From Deltaproteobacteria bacterium (GTDB lineage Bacteria; Myxococcota; Kuafuiibacteriia; Kuafuiibacteriales; Kuafuiibacteriaceae), in contig JAVJQW010000049.1 in assembly GCA_040218735.1 (NCBI GenBank), positions 64,001 to 128,000 on the forward strand: DNA of 64,000 bases, given 5' to 3'. Below, piece after piece: positions 39,572-49,556 of this stretch (positions are counted from its first letter, which is position 1; each line of letters begins with the position of its first letter). The position numbers and the translations under genes were made by a program. The notes below the pieces were generated by a model. It was not told the DNA's origin. It made no database searches and saw only the letters and a list, made by a program, of their open reading frames with translations.

Positions 39572-41602
39572 CTACTCGGGCGGGTGCGTCGTCGGCGTAT
39601 CTTCGAGCAGTTTCTTGGCCGCCGCGAACGCGTCGTCGTCGCCCGCGATGCCCAGGACGTCGCCAGCGCGCAGGACCTCGTGGCCCGTGGGCAACACACG
39701 CTCGTCGTCGGCGCGGAGGATCGATATCACCGTGGCGCCGGTGCGCCGCCGCAGGTCGAGGTCCGCGAGCGTGCGGCCGACAGCGCCGTCGGACGCCGCG
39801 ACGGTCAACGAAGTGATGCGCTCGAGCGCCGGGAGCTTGGGGGCAGGGGGTTGGCCCGTCCGGTCCACGAACGCCGCGGCGATCCGCTCCGTCCCGGACG
39901 CGAGCTCGTGCTCGGCCACCGACGACGCACGCCAGAGGTAGGCCATGAACGCCAACACCGCCGCGGCGAGGAGCGGGGCGGCGAGCGGCGCACCGAGCAC
40001 CGGACGAAGCACCGCGACCGCCGGGACGCCGACGCCGAGGAGCACCAGGAGGTGGACGATACCCCGCAGGAGTCGCACGACGACCTTGGCCGTCTCGGAG
40101 GTTCGCTGGTCCGCCGGCAGGAGCTCCTGCGCGAGGTGACGTGACAGGCGCGTCGACGTGCTGATCAACGCGAGGAGGATCGGGAGCGCGACGCCGAGGA
40201 CCCCCGCGGTGACCAACCACGGTCCCCGCGAAGGCCCGACGAGTGAGCTCGCCCAGGCCAGCAGGTCCGGTCGCCACGCGAGCACGAACGTCAGGAAGAC
40301 GATCAGCGCGATGGCGTCGAGCGCGATCGCCCGGAGCGTGCGCACGAGGAAGGCGCGCCCCGCGGCGGAGCGTCGTCGCCCGAGCCACTCGCGCCACGTC
40401 TCGTAGAGCTGAAGGAGCACGAAGAGGCGCCGCGGGAGGTGGGCCTCCAGGCGATCCGCGATGCGCTCGGCGTTGTTCACGACCATCGGCGTCGTGAACG
40501 CCGTCAACACCGCGACGGTGACGAGCACCGGCTGGAGCATGTCGGGGACGACGCCAGCGGCGCGCCCGATGCCGGCGATGATGAAGGCAAACTCACCGAT
40601 CTGTCCGAGGGAGAGCGCGGCGACGATCGAACGTCTGAATCCGCTCCCCGACGCGAGTCCGACGAACATGATGATGAACAGCTGCCCGCCGATGACGAGC
40701 GCGAAGACGATGAGTGAGACGTCGATGTATTGGAGCGCTTGGCGCGGATCGACGGTCATCCCGATCGAGACGAAGAACAACGCGGCGAAGACGTCGCGCA
40801 TCGGTTCGATGACGTGCTCCACGTCGTGGCCGTGACCCGACTCGGCGACGAGGATGCCGCCGATGAACGCGCCGAGCGCGACCGAGTAACCGGCGTGCTC
40901 CGCGATGATCGCGAGCGCGAAGCAGAGGCCGAGCGCGACGACGACCAGGATCTCCTTGCTCGCGAAGCTCGCGACGCGCCGGACGATCGGAGGCACGACG
41001 AACAGCCCCGCGACGACGAGCACGAAGAGCAGCCCCCCGAGGCGGCCGAGCGTGAGGAGGAGGTCCTTCGGGCCGAGGCCGCCGCCCGCGGCGACGCCGG
41101 TCGTCACGGCGATCAGAACGATCGCGAGGACGTCCTGCACGACGAGCACCCCCAACACGTGGGACTTCACCGCCCCTGGCACTTTGGATTGGGCGAAGAC
41201 CTTGCTCACCACCATCGTGCTGGAGATCGCGATGCTCGCGCCGAGGAACACCGACGCGACGATCGTCCAGCCGAGGAGCTGCCCGAGTGTGAAGCCGCAC
41301 CAGACCATGAAGCCGACCTCCACCACGCCGGTCAGGCCGGAGGTCGGGAGCACGCGCAGCAGCGTCTCGATGCGGAACTCGAGGCCGACGGCGAACATGA
41401 CGAGCACGACGCCGAGCTCGGCGAGGGTCTCGATGCGGTGCGGGTCGGCGAAGATCGGGATCGGGATGTACGGGCCGACGATCAGTCCGGCGAAGAGATA
41501 GCCGAGGATCGTCGGCTGCCGTAGCCAACGGGTGACGACACTCATCAGCGCCGCGACGGCGAGGACGAGGCCGAGATCGACGACGAGTGAAGCGCCGTGC
41601 AC
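39572..41602 (-). CDS. CPA2 (Kef-type) cation:proton antiporter with C-terminal TrkA-C/RCK-C domain
   Basis: LGYLFAGLIVGP, AELGVVLVMFAVGLEF, QIGEFAFII; C-terminal GRTLADLDLR..TGAT. Confidence 0.9.
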   Translation of the reverse strand: MHGASLVVDLGLVLAVAALMSVVTRWLRQPTILGYLFAGLIVGPYIPIPIFADPHRIETLAELGVVLVMFAVGLEFRIETLLRVLPTSGLTGVVEVGFMVWCGFTLGQLLGWTIVASVFLGASIAISSTMVVSKVFAQSKVPGAVKSHVLGVLVVQDVLAIVLIAVTTGVAAGGGLGPKDLLLTLGRLGGLLFVLVVAGLFVVPPIVRRVASFASKEILVVVALGLCFALAIIAEHAGYSVALGAFIGGILVAESGHGHDVEHVIEPMRDVFAALFFVSIGMTVDPRQALQYIDVSLIVFALVIGGQLFIIMFVGLASGSGFRRSIVAALSLGQIGEFAFIIAGIGRAAGVVPDMLQPVLVTVAVLTAFTTPMVVNNAERIADRLEAHLPRRLFVLLQLYETWREWLGRRRSAAGRAFLVRTLRAIALDAIALIVFLTFVLAWRPDLLAWASSLVGPSRGPWLVTAGVLGVALPILLALISTSTRLSRHLAQELLPADQRTSETAKVVVRLLRGIVHLLVLLGVGVPAVAVLRPVLGAPLAAPLLAAAVLAFMAYLWRASSVAEHELASGTERIAAAFVDRTGQPPAPKLPALERITSLTVAASDGAVGRTLADLDLRRRTGATVISILRADDERVLPTGHEVLRAGDVLGIAGDDDAFAAAKKLLEDTPTTHPPE

Positions 41603-41640
41603 GACTCAATCTTTCTTGCGCGACGACGGCGCGCAACGGT

Positions 41641-42822
41641 TCAGGGCCACGAAGGGAAGCTCTTTGGCGGCGTGCCGAAGCGGACCGCCGGGATGCGGCG
41701 GTTGCGCGCCGTCGCGCGCACGGGTTCCTGGTCGGCGGGGCTCCACTCCACCTCGGGCCACCAGCGCGCCGGCGGTTTGTCGACGCCCGGCTCGAAGGAT
41801 TGCCCGGGGCGGGGCGTGAGGACCACGACCTTCGCCTTCTTCGCGGCCGCGAGCACGCGCTCGATCGGCTCGGTCCATCCGTGCAGCGCGAGATCGAATG
41901 TCCCCCAGTGCACGGGGATGAGGACCTTCCCGCGGAGGAGCTGGTGCGCCTCGACGGCTTGCTCGGGACCGACGTGTACGTCGGACCAGAGTTGGTTGTA
42001 GGCGCCGGACTCGATCATCGTCGCGTCGAACGGACCGTAGCGCCGACCTATTTCGGCCATCGCCGGAAAGAACGAGGTGTCGCCGGAGAAGTACACGCGG
42101 CGGCGCGGGCCGGTGATGACCCAGCCGGTCCAGAGCGTCTGGTCGCGGTCGGCGAGGGAGCGCCCGGAGAAGTGGCGCGATGGGACGGAGACGATGCGGT
42201 GTCGGCCGAGCTCGGCGACGTCCCACCAGTCGTGTTCGTGGATGCGGTCCGGCGGGATGCCCCACAGCTCGAGGTGCGCGCCGACGCCGAGCGGCACGTA
42301 GAACGGGACGTCGGTTTCGACGAAGCGGAGGATCGTCGGGTAGTCGAGGTGGTCGTAGTGGTCGTGGGAAATCACGACGGCGTCGATCTTCGGGAGCTCC
42401 TCGAAGGGGAGGGGCGGTGGGTGGAAGCGCTGGGGTCCCGCCCACGTCGCGGGGGACGCGCGCTCGCCCCAGACGGGGTCGGTGAGGATCGTCTTGCCGT
42501 CGATCTCGATCAGGAGCGTGGAGTGCCCGAGCCAGGTGATGCGCAAGCCACGTTGCGGAGCCTTCGCGAACGAAGCGCGGGTACGGGGGACGATCGGGAT
42601 CTCGGCGGTGGGTGAAGCGAACTTGCTCCCGCCGCCTCCGAGGAACCGCGAGAGGAGCGCGCCGATGCTGGGGTCGCGGCGCGGGAGGAGGTCCATGAAC
42701 CCGTCGCCGTTCCAGCGCAGGCCTTCTTGCATCTTCGCGAGGCGCGCCCCCCGCGGGTTGGCGCCCATCGCCGTGCACGCGGAGGCGGCGAGGAGGCTCG
42801 CGAAGAGGAGGGCGCGTCGCAC
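41641..42822 (-). CDS. MBL-fold metallohydrolase (NAPE-PLD-like), probable lipoprotein
   Basis: WLGHST, SHDHYDHLD, HFSGR, SGDT, PVHWGTF; start placed at GTG 42822. Confidence 0.88.
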   Translation of the reverse strand: MRRALLFASLLAASACTAMGANPRGARLAKMQEGLRWNGDGFMDLLPRRDPSIGALLSRFLGGGGSKFASPTAEIPIVPRTRASFAKAPQRGLRITWLGHSTLLIEIDGKTILTDPVWGERASPATWAGPQRFHPPPLPFEELPKIDAVVISHDHYDHLDYPTILRFVETDVPFYVPLGVGAHLELWGIPPDRIHEHDWWDVAELGRHRIVSVPSRHFSGRSLADRDQTLWTGWVITGPRRRVYFSGDTSFFPAMAEIGRRYGPFDATMIESGAYNQLWSDVHVGPEQAVEAHQLLRGKVLIPVHWGTFDLALHGWTEPIERVLAAAKKAKVVVLTPRPGQSFEPGVDKPPARWWPEVEWSPADQEPVRATARNRRIPAVRFGTPPKSFPSWP

Positions 42823-42909
42823 GGCGCAGAGCGTACGTGGCCCAGGAGCACGGCGCACCTCGAAAATTCGAGGGGGCCGATCGCGGGTTGGAGGAGGTAG
42901 GAAGGAACC

Positions 42910-43941
42910 ATGAGGCGATGGTGGATGGGCGCGGCCCTGCTGTTGGTCGCGTGCGCCGGCACCGAGCCGGACGTGACGCCCGGGCGCGACGCGGGGACGG
43001 TCCGCGACGGAGGCACTGACGGCGGAGTGAATCGCGACGCCGGACCGGCGCGCGACGCCGGGCCCGCGCGGGACGGCGGCCCGCGGCGCGACGCGGGCCC
43101 GTCGACGTGTCCGCCCGCCGAGGACTACGTCGGCGACGGCGCGTGGACCGGAGCGTTGGTGGTGCCGTCCGGGCTGACGTTGTGCAGGTTCGCCGCGCAG
43201 CACGAGCCCATCGAGGACGTCTACGCGCGCCGCGGGGAGGCGACGCTCCCGGCCGGGACGTTCCCGCTCCCGACGGAAGCGACGGACGAAGCGATCTTCC
43301 TGCCGATGTGTCTACCGTCGGGGCCGGACCTTTCGGCCGGCACCGTGTCCGCCGAGCGTGGGACGCGACTGGACGACGCGACGGAGCGGTACCACGTCAC
43401 GGTGACGCAGCCGGCGGCCGACGGCACGTCGGTGCAACTAACGACGTCGCTGCCGACCGACGATCCGACGATGACGATCGACGGGCCGGTTTCGACGTAC
43501 GGCGCGCTGGCGCTCACGCACTGCCGCGAAAAGAACTGCTTCCAGGATCAGGACCTGTATCTGCCGTGCGCGCTCACGCCGAACATGTGTGATCGGCTGA
43601 CCTTCACGGACGGTGACATCGCGATCGATCAGTTCCACTGGGCCGGTTCGGTCGGCGCGGGGTTCGCGGCGGCGATGCGCGCGCAAGGCACCTTCCGCGG
43701 CACGGGCTTCGACGTCTCCGCGTACCCGCAGCTCACGATGGCCTACGGCCACCACGCCTTCACGCGATCGCTGTGGCTCACGTTCGACGCGCCGATCGAT
43801 GGCGTGTGCGCGCTGCGATTCGCGGAGGTCGGTGAGTACGGTCAGCTCGACCCGGTGGAGCTGCTCGACTGCGACGGGAACTCACGCGGTACCTCCGCGA
43901 TCACGGCGGACAGTCATGAGTTTCGGATGAGTTGTAACTGA
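42910..43941 (+). CDS. Hypothetical lipoprotein with RDAG repeat linker
   Basis: AGGA RBS; lipobox LVAC; RDAG/RDGG repeats; Cys-containing C-terminal domain. Confidence 0.7.
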   Translation: MRRWWMGAALLLVACAGTEPDVTPGRDAGTVRDGGTDGGVNRDAGPARDAGPARDGGPRRDAGPSTCPPAEDYVGDGAWTGALVVPSGLTLCRFAAQHEPIEDVYARRGEATLPAGTFPLPTEATDEAIFLPMCLPSGPDLSAGTVSAERGTRLDDATERYHVTVTQPAADGTSVQLTTSLPTDDPTMTIDGPVSTYGALALTHCREKNCFQDQDLYLPCALTPNMCDRLTFTDGDIAIDQFHWAGSVGAGFAAAMRAQGTFRGTGFDVSAYPQLTMAYGHHAFTRSLWLTFDAPIDGVCALRFAEVGEYGQLDPVELLDCDGNSRGTSAITADSHEFRMSCN

Positions 43942-44704
43942 GTAGGAATTGACTCGGTGGCTCGCCCACGATCGCCTTGAAGTCACGCGCGAGGTGCGCC
44001 TGGTCGGTGTAGCCGAGGGCCGCCGCGAGGTCGGCGAGGGTGCGGTCGTCCCCGCGCTCGAGCCGCAGCGCGACCTCCTGCAGGCGGTTCACCCGGATGA
44101 CCCACTTGGGCGTGGCGCCGACGTGGGTCCGGAACAGCCGCTGGAGCTGGCGTACGCTGTTGCCGGTCTGCTGCGCGAGCTGGTCGACGGAGGTCAGCTC
44201 CGGGTCTTCGCAGATCGCCCGCACCAGGGCGATGGCGTCGCCGGCCTCGTCGTCCGCTCGGCGATGGGACAGCAGCCACGATTCGATGCGCGCGAAGGCG
44301 GCCTCGTCGTCGTCGACGTCCGAGAGCTCGGCGTGGAGCGCTTCGGCGTCGTCGAACAGCTCCGTGAGCGGGACGATAAGACCCGTGAGCGTGTGCGCCG
44401 GGCGCTCGGTGAACGCCCGGACCGCGCCCGGGTGGAGCTTGATGCCGCGGACCCGTCCGACGCCCGCGAGCTCGCGCTCCCACAGGCGCGTCCACACCCC
44501 GACGACCCGTGCGCCGACCTGGGGCCCGGTGCCGTCCTCGAAGACGAAGTGCACGCTCGGGTCCGCGAGGAGCCTGGAGGTGTGGGGTGCCTCGGCTTCG
44601 AGCGACCAACGGCCGGCCCAGAACGCCTCGACCGCGTCTTCGACCGAAGCCGGTGCTCGGTAGCGCGCCGCTTGGATGCGTCGACCGCTGTCGACGTTCG
44701 ACAC
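43901..44704 (-). CDS. AraC family transcriptional regulator (DUF6597-type N-terminus)
   Basis: SVRQLQRLF...VG.TPK and LA..LGYTDQAHLARDFK HTH motifs; start uncertain (44704-44764). Confidence 0.85.
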   Translation of the reverse strand: MSNVDSGRRIQAARYRAPASVEDAVEAFWAGRWSLEAEAPHTSRLLADPSVHFVFEDGTGPQVGARVVGVWTRLWERELAGVGRVRGIKLHPGAVRAFTERPAHTLTGLIVPLTELFDDAEALHAELSDVDDDEAAFARIESWLLSHRRADDEAGDAIALVRAICEDPELTSVDQLAQQTGNSVRQLQRLFRTHVGATPKWVIRVNRLQEVALRLERGDDRTLADLAAALGYTDQAHLARDFKAIVGEPPSQFLLSYNSSETHDCPP

Positions 44705-44783
44705 CAGACCTCGCGCCCGTCGGTTCCCGGTCGGTCGCGTTTGTACAAGCCGGCCCCCCGACACGTCGGTTACCCATAGAGCC

Positions 44784-45158
44784 ATGGAAGACATCACGGT
44801 CAAGTCCCTCGAATCCTGCGCGCCCTACGAAGGGCCCCACGCGATCGAGGGCATCCGATTTCGCCACGTGCGGGAGGCGCTCGGCGTCACCGCATGGGGC
44901 ATGAACGTCCTCGAGCTGGACCCCGGCAACACCGGCTACCCCGAGCACGACCACGTCGAGGACGGCCAAGAAGAGGTCTACGTGATCCTCACCGGTTCGG
45001 TGGTCCTCGAAGCCGACGGCGAGTCACGAACCCTGAACGCCGGCGACTTCGCGCGCGTCGCGCCGCACGTGAAGCGCAAGCTCGTCACGACCGGCTCCAG
45101 CGTTCGTGTCCTCGCGATCGGAGGCACACCCGGTCGCCCTTACACGTCCAACCTGTGA
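44784..45158 (+). CDS. Cupin domain protein
   Basis: H.H....QEE.Y.IL.G cupin motif; divergent from the AraC gene. Confidence 0.8.
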   Translation: MEDITVKSLESCAPYEGPHAIEGIRFRHVREALGVTAWGMNVLELDPGNTGYPEHDHVEDGQEEVYVILTGSVVLEADGESRTLNAGDFARVAPHVKRKLVTTGSSVRVLAIGGTPGRPYTSNL

Positions 45159-45353
45159 GTGCATGGGCGGCGCTGCGGGGTGCGCGGGGCGTCGCGCACC
45201 TTGTAGCGGGGGTCGAGCGCCCCCCAACCGCGCGAGGGCGTCGCCTGGCGCCCCCTGGGTTCCACATCGAGAGGGCGCAAGTCAGCTTGCGTGAGCGTCG
45301 GCACACGATCTGCTTTCGGAGTCCGCCTGATGACGATCAGGGTCCCAGACTCC

Positions 45354-47579
45354 ATGCGACAATCTCTGTGGTTCGGTATCGGTGTCGTCCTTGCGACGGG
45401 GTGTGTCGCCAAGGGTGATCCGGCCGCGCCCGACGAAGGGTGTGTCTCCGACGAGAAGTTCTTCGCCGCCGAGGTGTGGGGGCCGACGCTGTCGAGCAAC
45501 TGCTTCCAGTGCCACAACGCCCAGGGCGCGGCGAACCAGACGAAGTTCGTCCTGCGCAGTGAAGCCGAGACCGGCTTCATGGAGGCGAACCTGAAGATCG
45601 TCCAGGACGTGGCGGCGTTCGAGGTCGACGGCACGTCGATCCTCCTCCTGAAGCCGACCCTCCAGATCCCGCACGAAGGCGGCATGCGCATCGCGGCCGA
45701 CGGCCCCGAGTACGCAGCCATCGCGGAGCTGGTGCGCCGCATGGACGAGCCGGTCGCGTGTGAGGACGCGCCGGACGAGACGTACTTCGAAGGCGTCGTC
45801 ATGGCGGACGACGTCTCGCTCCTGCGCAAGGTCGCGCTGAACCTCGTGGGGCGGCTCCCCACGGCGGACGAGACCGCGCGCGTCCAAGACGGGGGCGAGG
45901 CGGCGCTCGGCGCGGTGCTCGACGGGATGATGACCGAGCCGGCGTTCTACGAGCGGCTCAAGGAGATCTACAACGACCAGTTCCTCACGGACCGGTACCT
46001 TCGGAACAACGACGCCGTCGACCTGTTGGACGCGACGGACTACCCGACGCGACGCTTCTACGAGAGCGACGAGGACGAGAGTCGGCGCAACACGCTGCGT
46101 TCGCTGGCCAACTACGGCGTCGCGCGGGAGCCGCTCGAGCTCATCGCCCACGTCGTACGGAACAACCGGCCGTTCACCGAGATCGTCACCGCCGACTACA
46201 TCATGATGAATTCGTTCTCGGCGCGAACGTACGGCGCGAGTGACTACGCGTACGTCGACCGCACCGAGATCGATCTCTACAACCCGGATGAGTTCTTCGA
46301 GGCGCGCGTGCCCGGCGTCCCGCACGCGGGCGTGCTGACTTCACACATGTTCCTCAACCGGTTCCCGACCACGGACACCAACGTGAACCGCCACCGCGCG
46401 CGGATGACTTATCAGTTCTTCCTCGCGACCGACGTGCTGAAGCTCGCGGAGCGGCCCGTGGACCCCACCCAGATCCAGGACCACAACCCGACGCTCTACA
46501 ACCCCGGCTGCAACGTCTGCCACGCGACGATCGATCCGGTCGCCGGCGCGTTCCAGAACTGGGACGACCGCGGTCGCTACCGCGTCCTCGAGAACGGTTG
46601 GCACTCCGACATGCGACCCCCGGGCTTCGGCGAGACGACGGTGCCCGCGGGTGATTCGACGCAGAGCCTCCGCTGGCTCGGTCAGCAAATCGCGACGGAC
46701 GATCGGTTCGCGACGTCCGCGATTCACACGATGTACCGCGCGCTGACCGGTGAGGAGCCGCTCTCCTCGCAGACCGCGACGCTGCGGGCATTCGAGGCGC
46801 AGGAGGATCTCTTCAAGGCGATCCGTCGGCAGTTCATCGACAGCGGTCACGACTTCAAGGTCATGGTGAAGGCGCTCGTGATGTCGCCGTACGTTCGGGC
46901 GAAGGACTACCGCGGCGCGGACCGCGCCGGTGAGCTCGACAGCGTGGGCTCCGCGCACCTGCTGACGCCGGAGCAGCTCGACCGGAAGATCGAAGCCGTC
47001 CTCGGGTTCGCGTGGGAGCGCAATGGGCGACGGCAGCTGCTGTCGACGAACGAGATGATGATCTTCTACGGGGGCATCGACTCGAACCAGATCACCAAGC
47101 GCATCACCGAGCCGAACGGCGTCATGGCGAGCATCGCCACGCGCATGGCGAACGAGATGTCGTGCCTCGCGGTGCCGCAGGACTTCACACACGACGCGGC
47201 CGACCGCCGCCTCTTCCCGCACGTGGAGATGAGCTTCGTGCCCGAGGACGACAATGGGTTCGAGGTGCCGGGCGCCGTCGAACGCATCAAGGACAACATT
47301 CGGCACCTGCACCAGCACATCCTCGGCGAGGAGGTCTCTTCGGTGGAGCTCGAGCGGACCTACGCGTTGTTCGTCGACACCTGGCGCGAAGGTCGCGCGG
47401 GCGTCATCGACGAGACGATCGACCGCGACAGCTGGAACTGCCGTGCGGAGCGCGACCCGATCACCGGCGAAGACCTGCCGGAGGAGCGACGCGTGCGACG
47501 CGACGAGGACTACACGATGCGCGCCTGGATGGCCGTCGTGACCTACCTGCTGTCCGACTACGACTTCCTCTACGAGTGA
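45354..47579 (+). CDS. DUF1588-related lipoprotein with two c-type heme motifs
   Basis: Lipobox ATGC; CFQCH and CNVCH..IDPVA; HAGVLT; GRLPT. Confidence 0.75.
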   Translation: MRQSLWFGIGVVLATGCVAKGDPAAPDEGCVSDEKFFAAEVWGPTLSSNCFQCHNAQGAANQTKFVLRSEAETGFMEANLKIVQDVAAFEVDGTSILLLKPTLQIPHEGGMRIAADGPEYAAIAELVRRMDEPVACEDAPDETYFEGVVMADDVSLLRKVALNLVGRLPTADETARVQDGGEAALGAVLDGMMTEPAFYERLKEIYNDQFLTDRYLRNNDAVDLLDATDYPTRRFYESDEDESRRNTLRSLANYGVAREPLELIAHVVRNNRPFTEIVTADYIMMNSFSARTYGASDYAYVDRTEIDLYNPDEFFEARVPGVPHAGVLTSHMFLNRFPTTDTNVNRHRARMTYQFFLATDVLKLAERPVDPTQIQDHNPTLYNPGCNVCHATIDPVAGAFQNWDDRGRYRVLENGWHSDMRPPGFGETTVPAGDSTQSLRWLGQQIATDDRFATSAIHTMYRALTGEEPLSSQTATLRAFEAQEDLFKAIRRQFIDSGHDFKVMVKALVMSPYVRAKDYRGADRAGELDSVGSAHLLTPEQLDRKIEAVLGFAWERNGRRQLLSTNEMMIFYGGIDSNQITKRITEPNGVMASIATRMANEMSCLAVPQDFTHDAADRRLFPHVEMSFVPEDDNGFEVPGAVERIKDNIRHLHQHILGEEVSSVELERTYALFVDTWREGRAGVIDETIDRDSWNCRAERDPITGEDLPEERRVRRDEDYTMRAWMAVVTYLLSDYDFLYE

Positions 47580-47599
47580 GCACTAGGAGCCCATCGAAA

Positions 47600-48850
47600 A
47601 TGCAACGCCGAGACTTCTTGAAAGCAGCTGGATTCGCGGGACTGTCGCTCGTGTCGCCGTTGGCGGCGCGCACGGCCCGGGCGGAGCCCTACGAGGGACG
47701 CTTCTGGATCTTCGTGAACGCCGGGGGAGGCTGGGATCCGACGAGCCTCTGTGACCCGAAGGGTGCGACGAGTGAAGACGATCCGGATCCGATGAACCAC
47801 TACCTGCGCGATCAGATCGGGCAGGCCGGGAACATCAGCTACGCGCCGGCGCCGGGGAACCAAGAGTTCTTCGACAAGTATTACCAGCGACTGACCATCA
47901 TCAACGGACTCGACACCGCGACCAACGGGCACGACTCGGGCTCGCGCCACATCTGGAGCGGCCGCCTCGCGGAAGGTTATCCGTCGCTCGCCGCGCTGCT
48001 TGCAGGCTCGCTTGCGCCGACGAAGCCGCTCGCGTTCATCAGCAACGGTGGGTACGACCTGACGCAGGGGCTCGTCGCGCCCACGCGCACCGGTTCGACG
48101 GGTGCGCTCGGGCGCATCGCGTACCCGAACCGCCCGGACCCGGGTGACGGCGAACGGAGCTACCACCTGGACTCGACGATGGAGCGCATCCAGCTCGCGC
48201 AGCAGGAGCGGCTTGCGGCGAAGCGCGAGCGCATGGGGCTCCCGAACCGACGCGCTTCGATGAACCAGCTGTTCCTCGCGACACAGGGCAAGAACGAGAT
48301 CCGACGACTCACCGAGTTCCTCCCGGACCTCGACGGCTCGAACAACCCGCTGCTGCGTCAGGCGCAGCTCGCGATCGCCGCTTATCGCGCGGGGGTCTCG
48401 GTGAGCGCGAACCTGAACATCGGCGGCTTCGACACGCACGGTGACCACGACAACCGTTCGGTCCCGCGGATGCAGATGCTCCTTCAGGGCGTGGACTTCA
48501 TCATGGAAGAGGCGGCGCGCCAGGGCGTCGGGGACAAGGTCATCGTCGCGGTCGGGTCCGACTTCGGCCGCACGCCGGGGTACAACGGCGACAACGGCAA
48601 GGACCACTGGTCGATCACGAGCATGATGTTCATCGGTGCCGGCATCCCCGGGAACCGGGTCATCGGCTCGACGGACGACGGGCACGTCCCGATCCCGGTG
48701 AATCCGACGACGCTCGCGAGCGACCCGAACGGCATCCGCATCGAGCCGAAGCACGTGCACGGCGCGCTGCGTCGGCTGGCGGGCGTCGACGGCAGCGATG
48801 CGGCGCAGCTGTACCCGATCGGCGAGGAGCCTATCGCGCTGTTCGGATAG
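47600..48850 (+). CDS. DUF1501 family Tat-exported protein
   Basis: MQRRDFLK Tat signal; GGWDP, GFDTH, SDFGRTP, GKDHW. Confidence 0.85.
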   Translation: MQRRDFLKAAGFAGLSLVSPLAARTARAEPYEGRFWIFVNAGGGWDPTSLCDPKGATSEDDPDPMNHYLRDQIGQAGNISYAPAPGNQEFFDKYYQRLTIINGLDTATNGHDSGSRHIWSGRLAEGYPSLAALLAGSLAPTKPLAFISNGGYDLTQGLVAPTRTGSTGALGRIAYPNRPDPGDGERSYHLDSTMERIQLAQQERLAAKRERMGLPNRRASMNQLFLATQGKNEIRRLTEFLPDLDGSNNPLLRQAQLAIAAYRAGVSVSANLNIGGFDTHGDHDNRSVPRMQMLLQGVDFIMEEAARQGVGDKVIVAVGSDFGRTPGYNGDNGKDHWSITSMMFIGAGIPGNRVIGSTDDGHVPIPVNPTTLASDPNGIRIEPKHVHGALRRLAGVDGSDAAQLYPIGEEPIALFG

Positions 48851-48866
48851 CTGCAGGTAGTCGCGG

Positions 48867-49472
48867 TTAGTCGGCGACGAAGGTGCCGCTGATCTCGGTG
48901 ACGTGGTTCTCCGTCTGGAACACGAAGTCGTAGTACGGGAGGCCTCCCTCCGCGGTCATCTCGATCTCACCCTCGATCTGGCCGCCGCTGACGGCGGTGA
49001 CGCTGAGGGTCGCGGTGATCGTCTGCGCCCACCACGGGTCGGGACCACAGTAGCAGCCGACCTGGACGTACGCGCTGCGCACGTCGGCGTCGTGGGCGCT
49101 GCGCCCGGTCGACGTCACGCTCTTGGGCCCCCCGCGCATGAGATCTTCGGGGGCCTCGAAGGTCGTGACGGCGTCGACGACGATCGTGTCGCCGGCCTGT
49201 CGCGAGAAGAGGTCGTCGATGATGAATGTCGCGTAGATCCCCATCTCGTCGTCGGCGATGTCGGGGTCATGGGGACGCATCCCACCCATCGAGAGGCGCC
49301 AGGTCGAGGCCGTGGTGGAGGAGACGGACGCCGAGAAGTCGACCGCGCCGAAGTCCTCGCCATCGACCTCGATCGTGAGCACGGTGCCGTCGGCGCTCGG
49401 GCTCGACGAGGAGGAGGAGGGGCCGCACGCGAGGGCCGTGAGCGCGAGGAGCGGGAGGGACAGGCGGATCAT
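48867..49472 (-). CDS. Hypothetical lipoprotein
   Basis: Lipobox ALAC followed by a Ser linker. Confidence 0.65.
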   Translation of the reverse strand: MIRLSLPLLALTALACGPSSSSSSPSADGTVLTIEVDGEDFGAVDFSASVSSTTASTWRLSMGGMRPHDPDIADDEMGIYATFIIDDLFSRQAGDTIVVDAVTTFEAPEDLMRGGPKSVTSTGRSAHDADVRSAYVQVGCYCGPDPWWAQTITATLSVTAVSGGQIEGEIEMTAEGGLPYYDFVFQTENHVTEISGTFVAD

Positions 49473-49556
49473 GCTTTCGTGGCCAAGTGCAGGAGTGATG
49501 CCGGTGGCGCAGCCTCGAGCGACTGCGGCGCGCGGACGTGGAGCGCGACATCCTTG

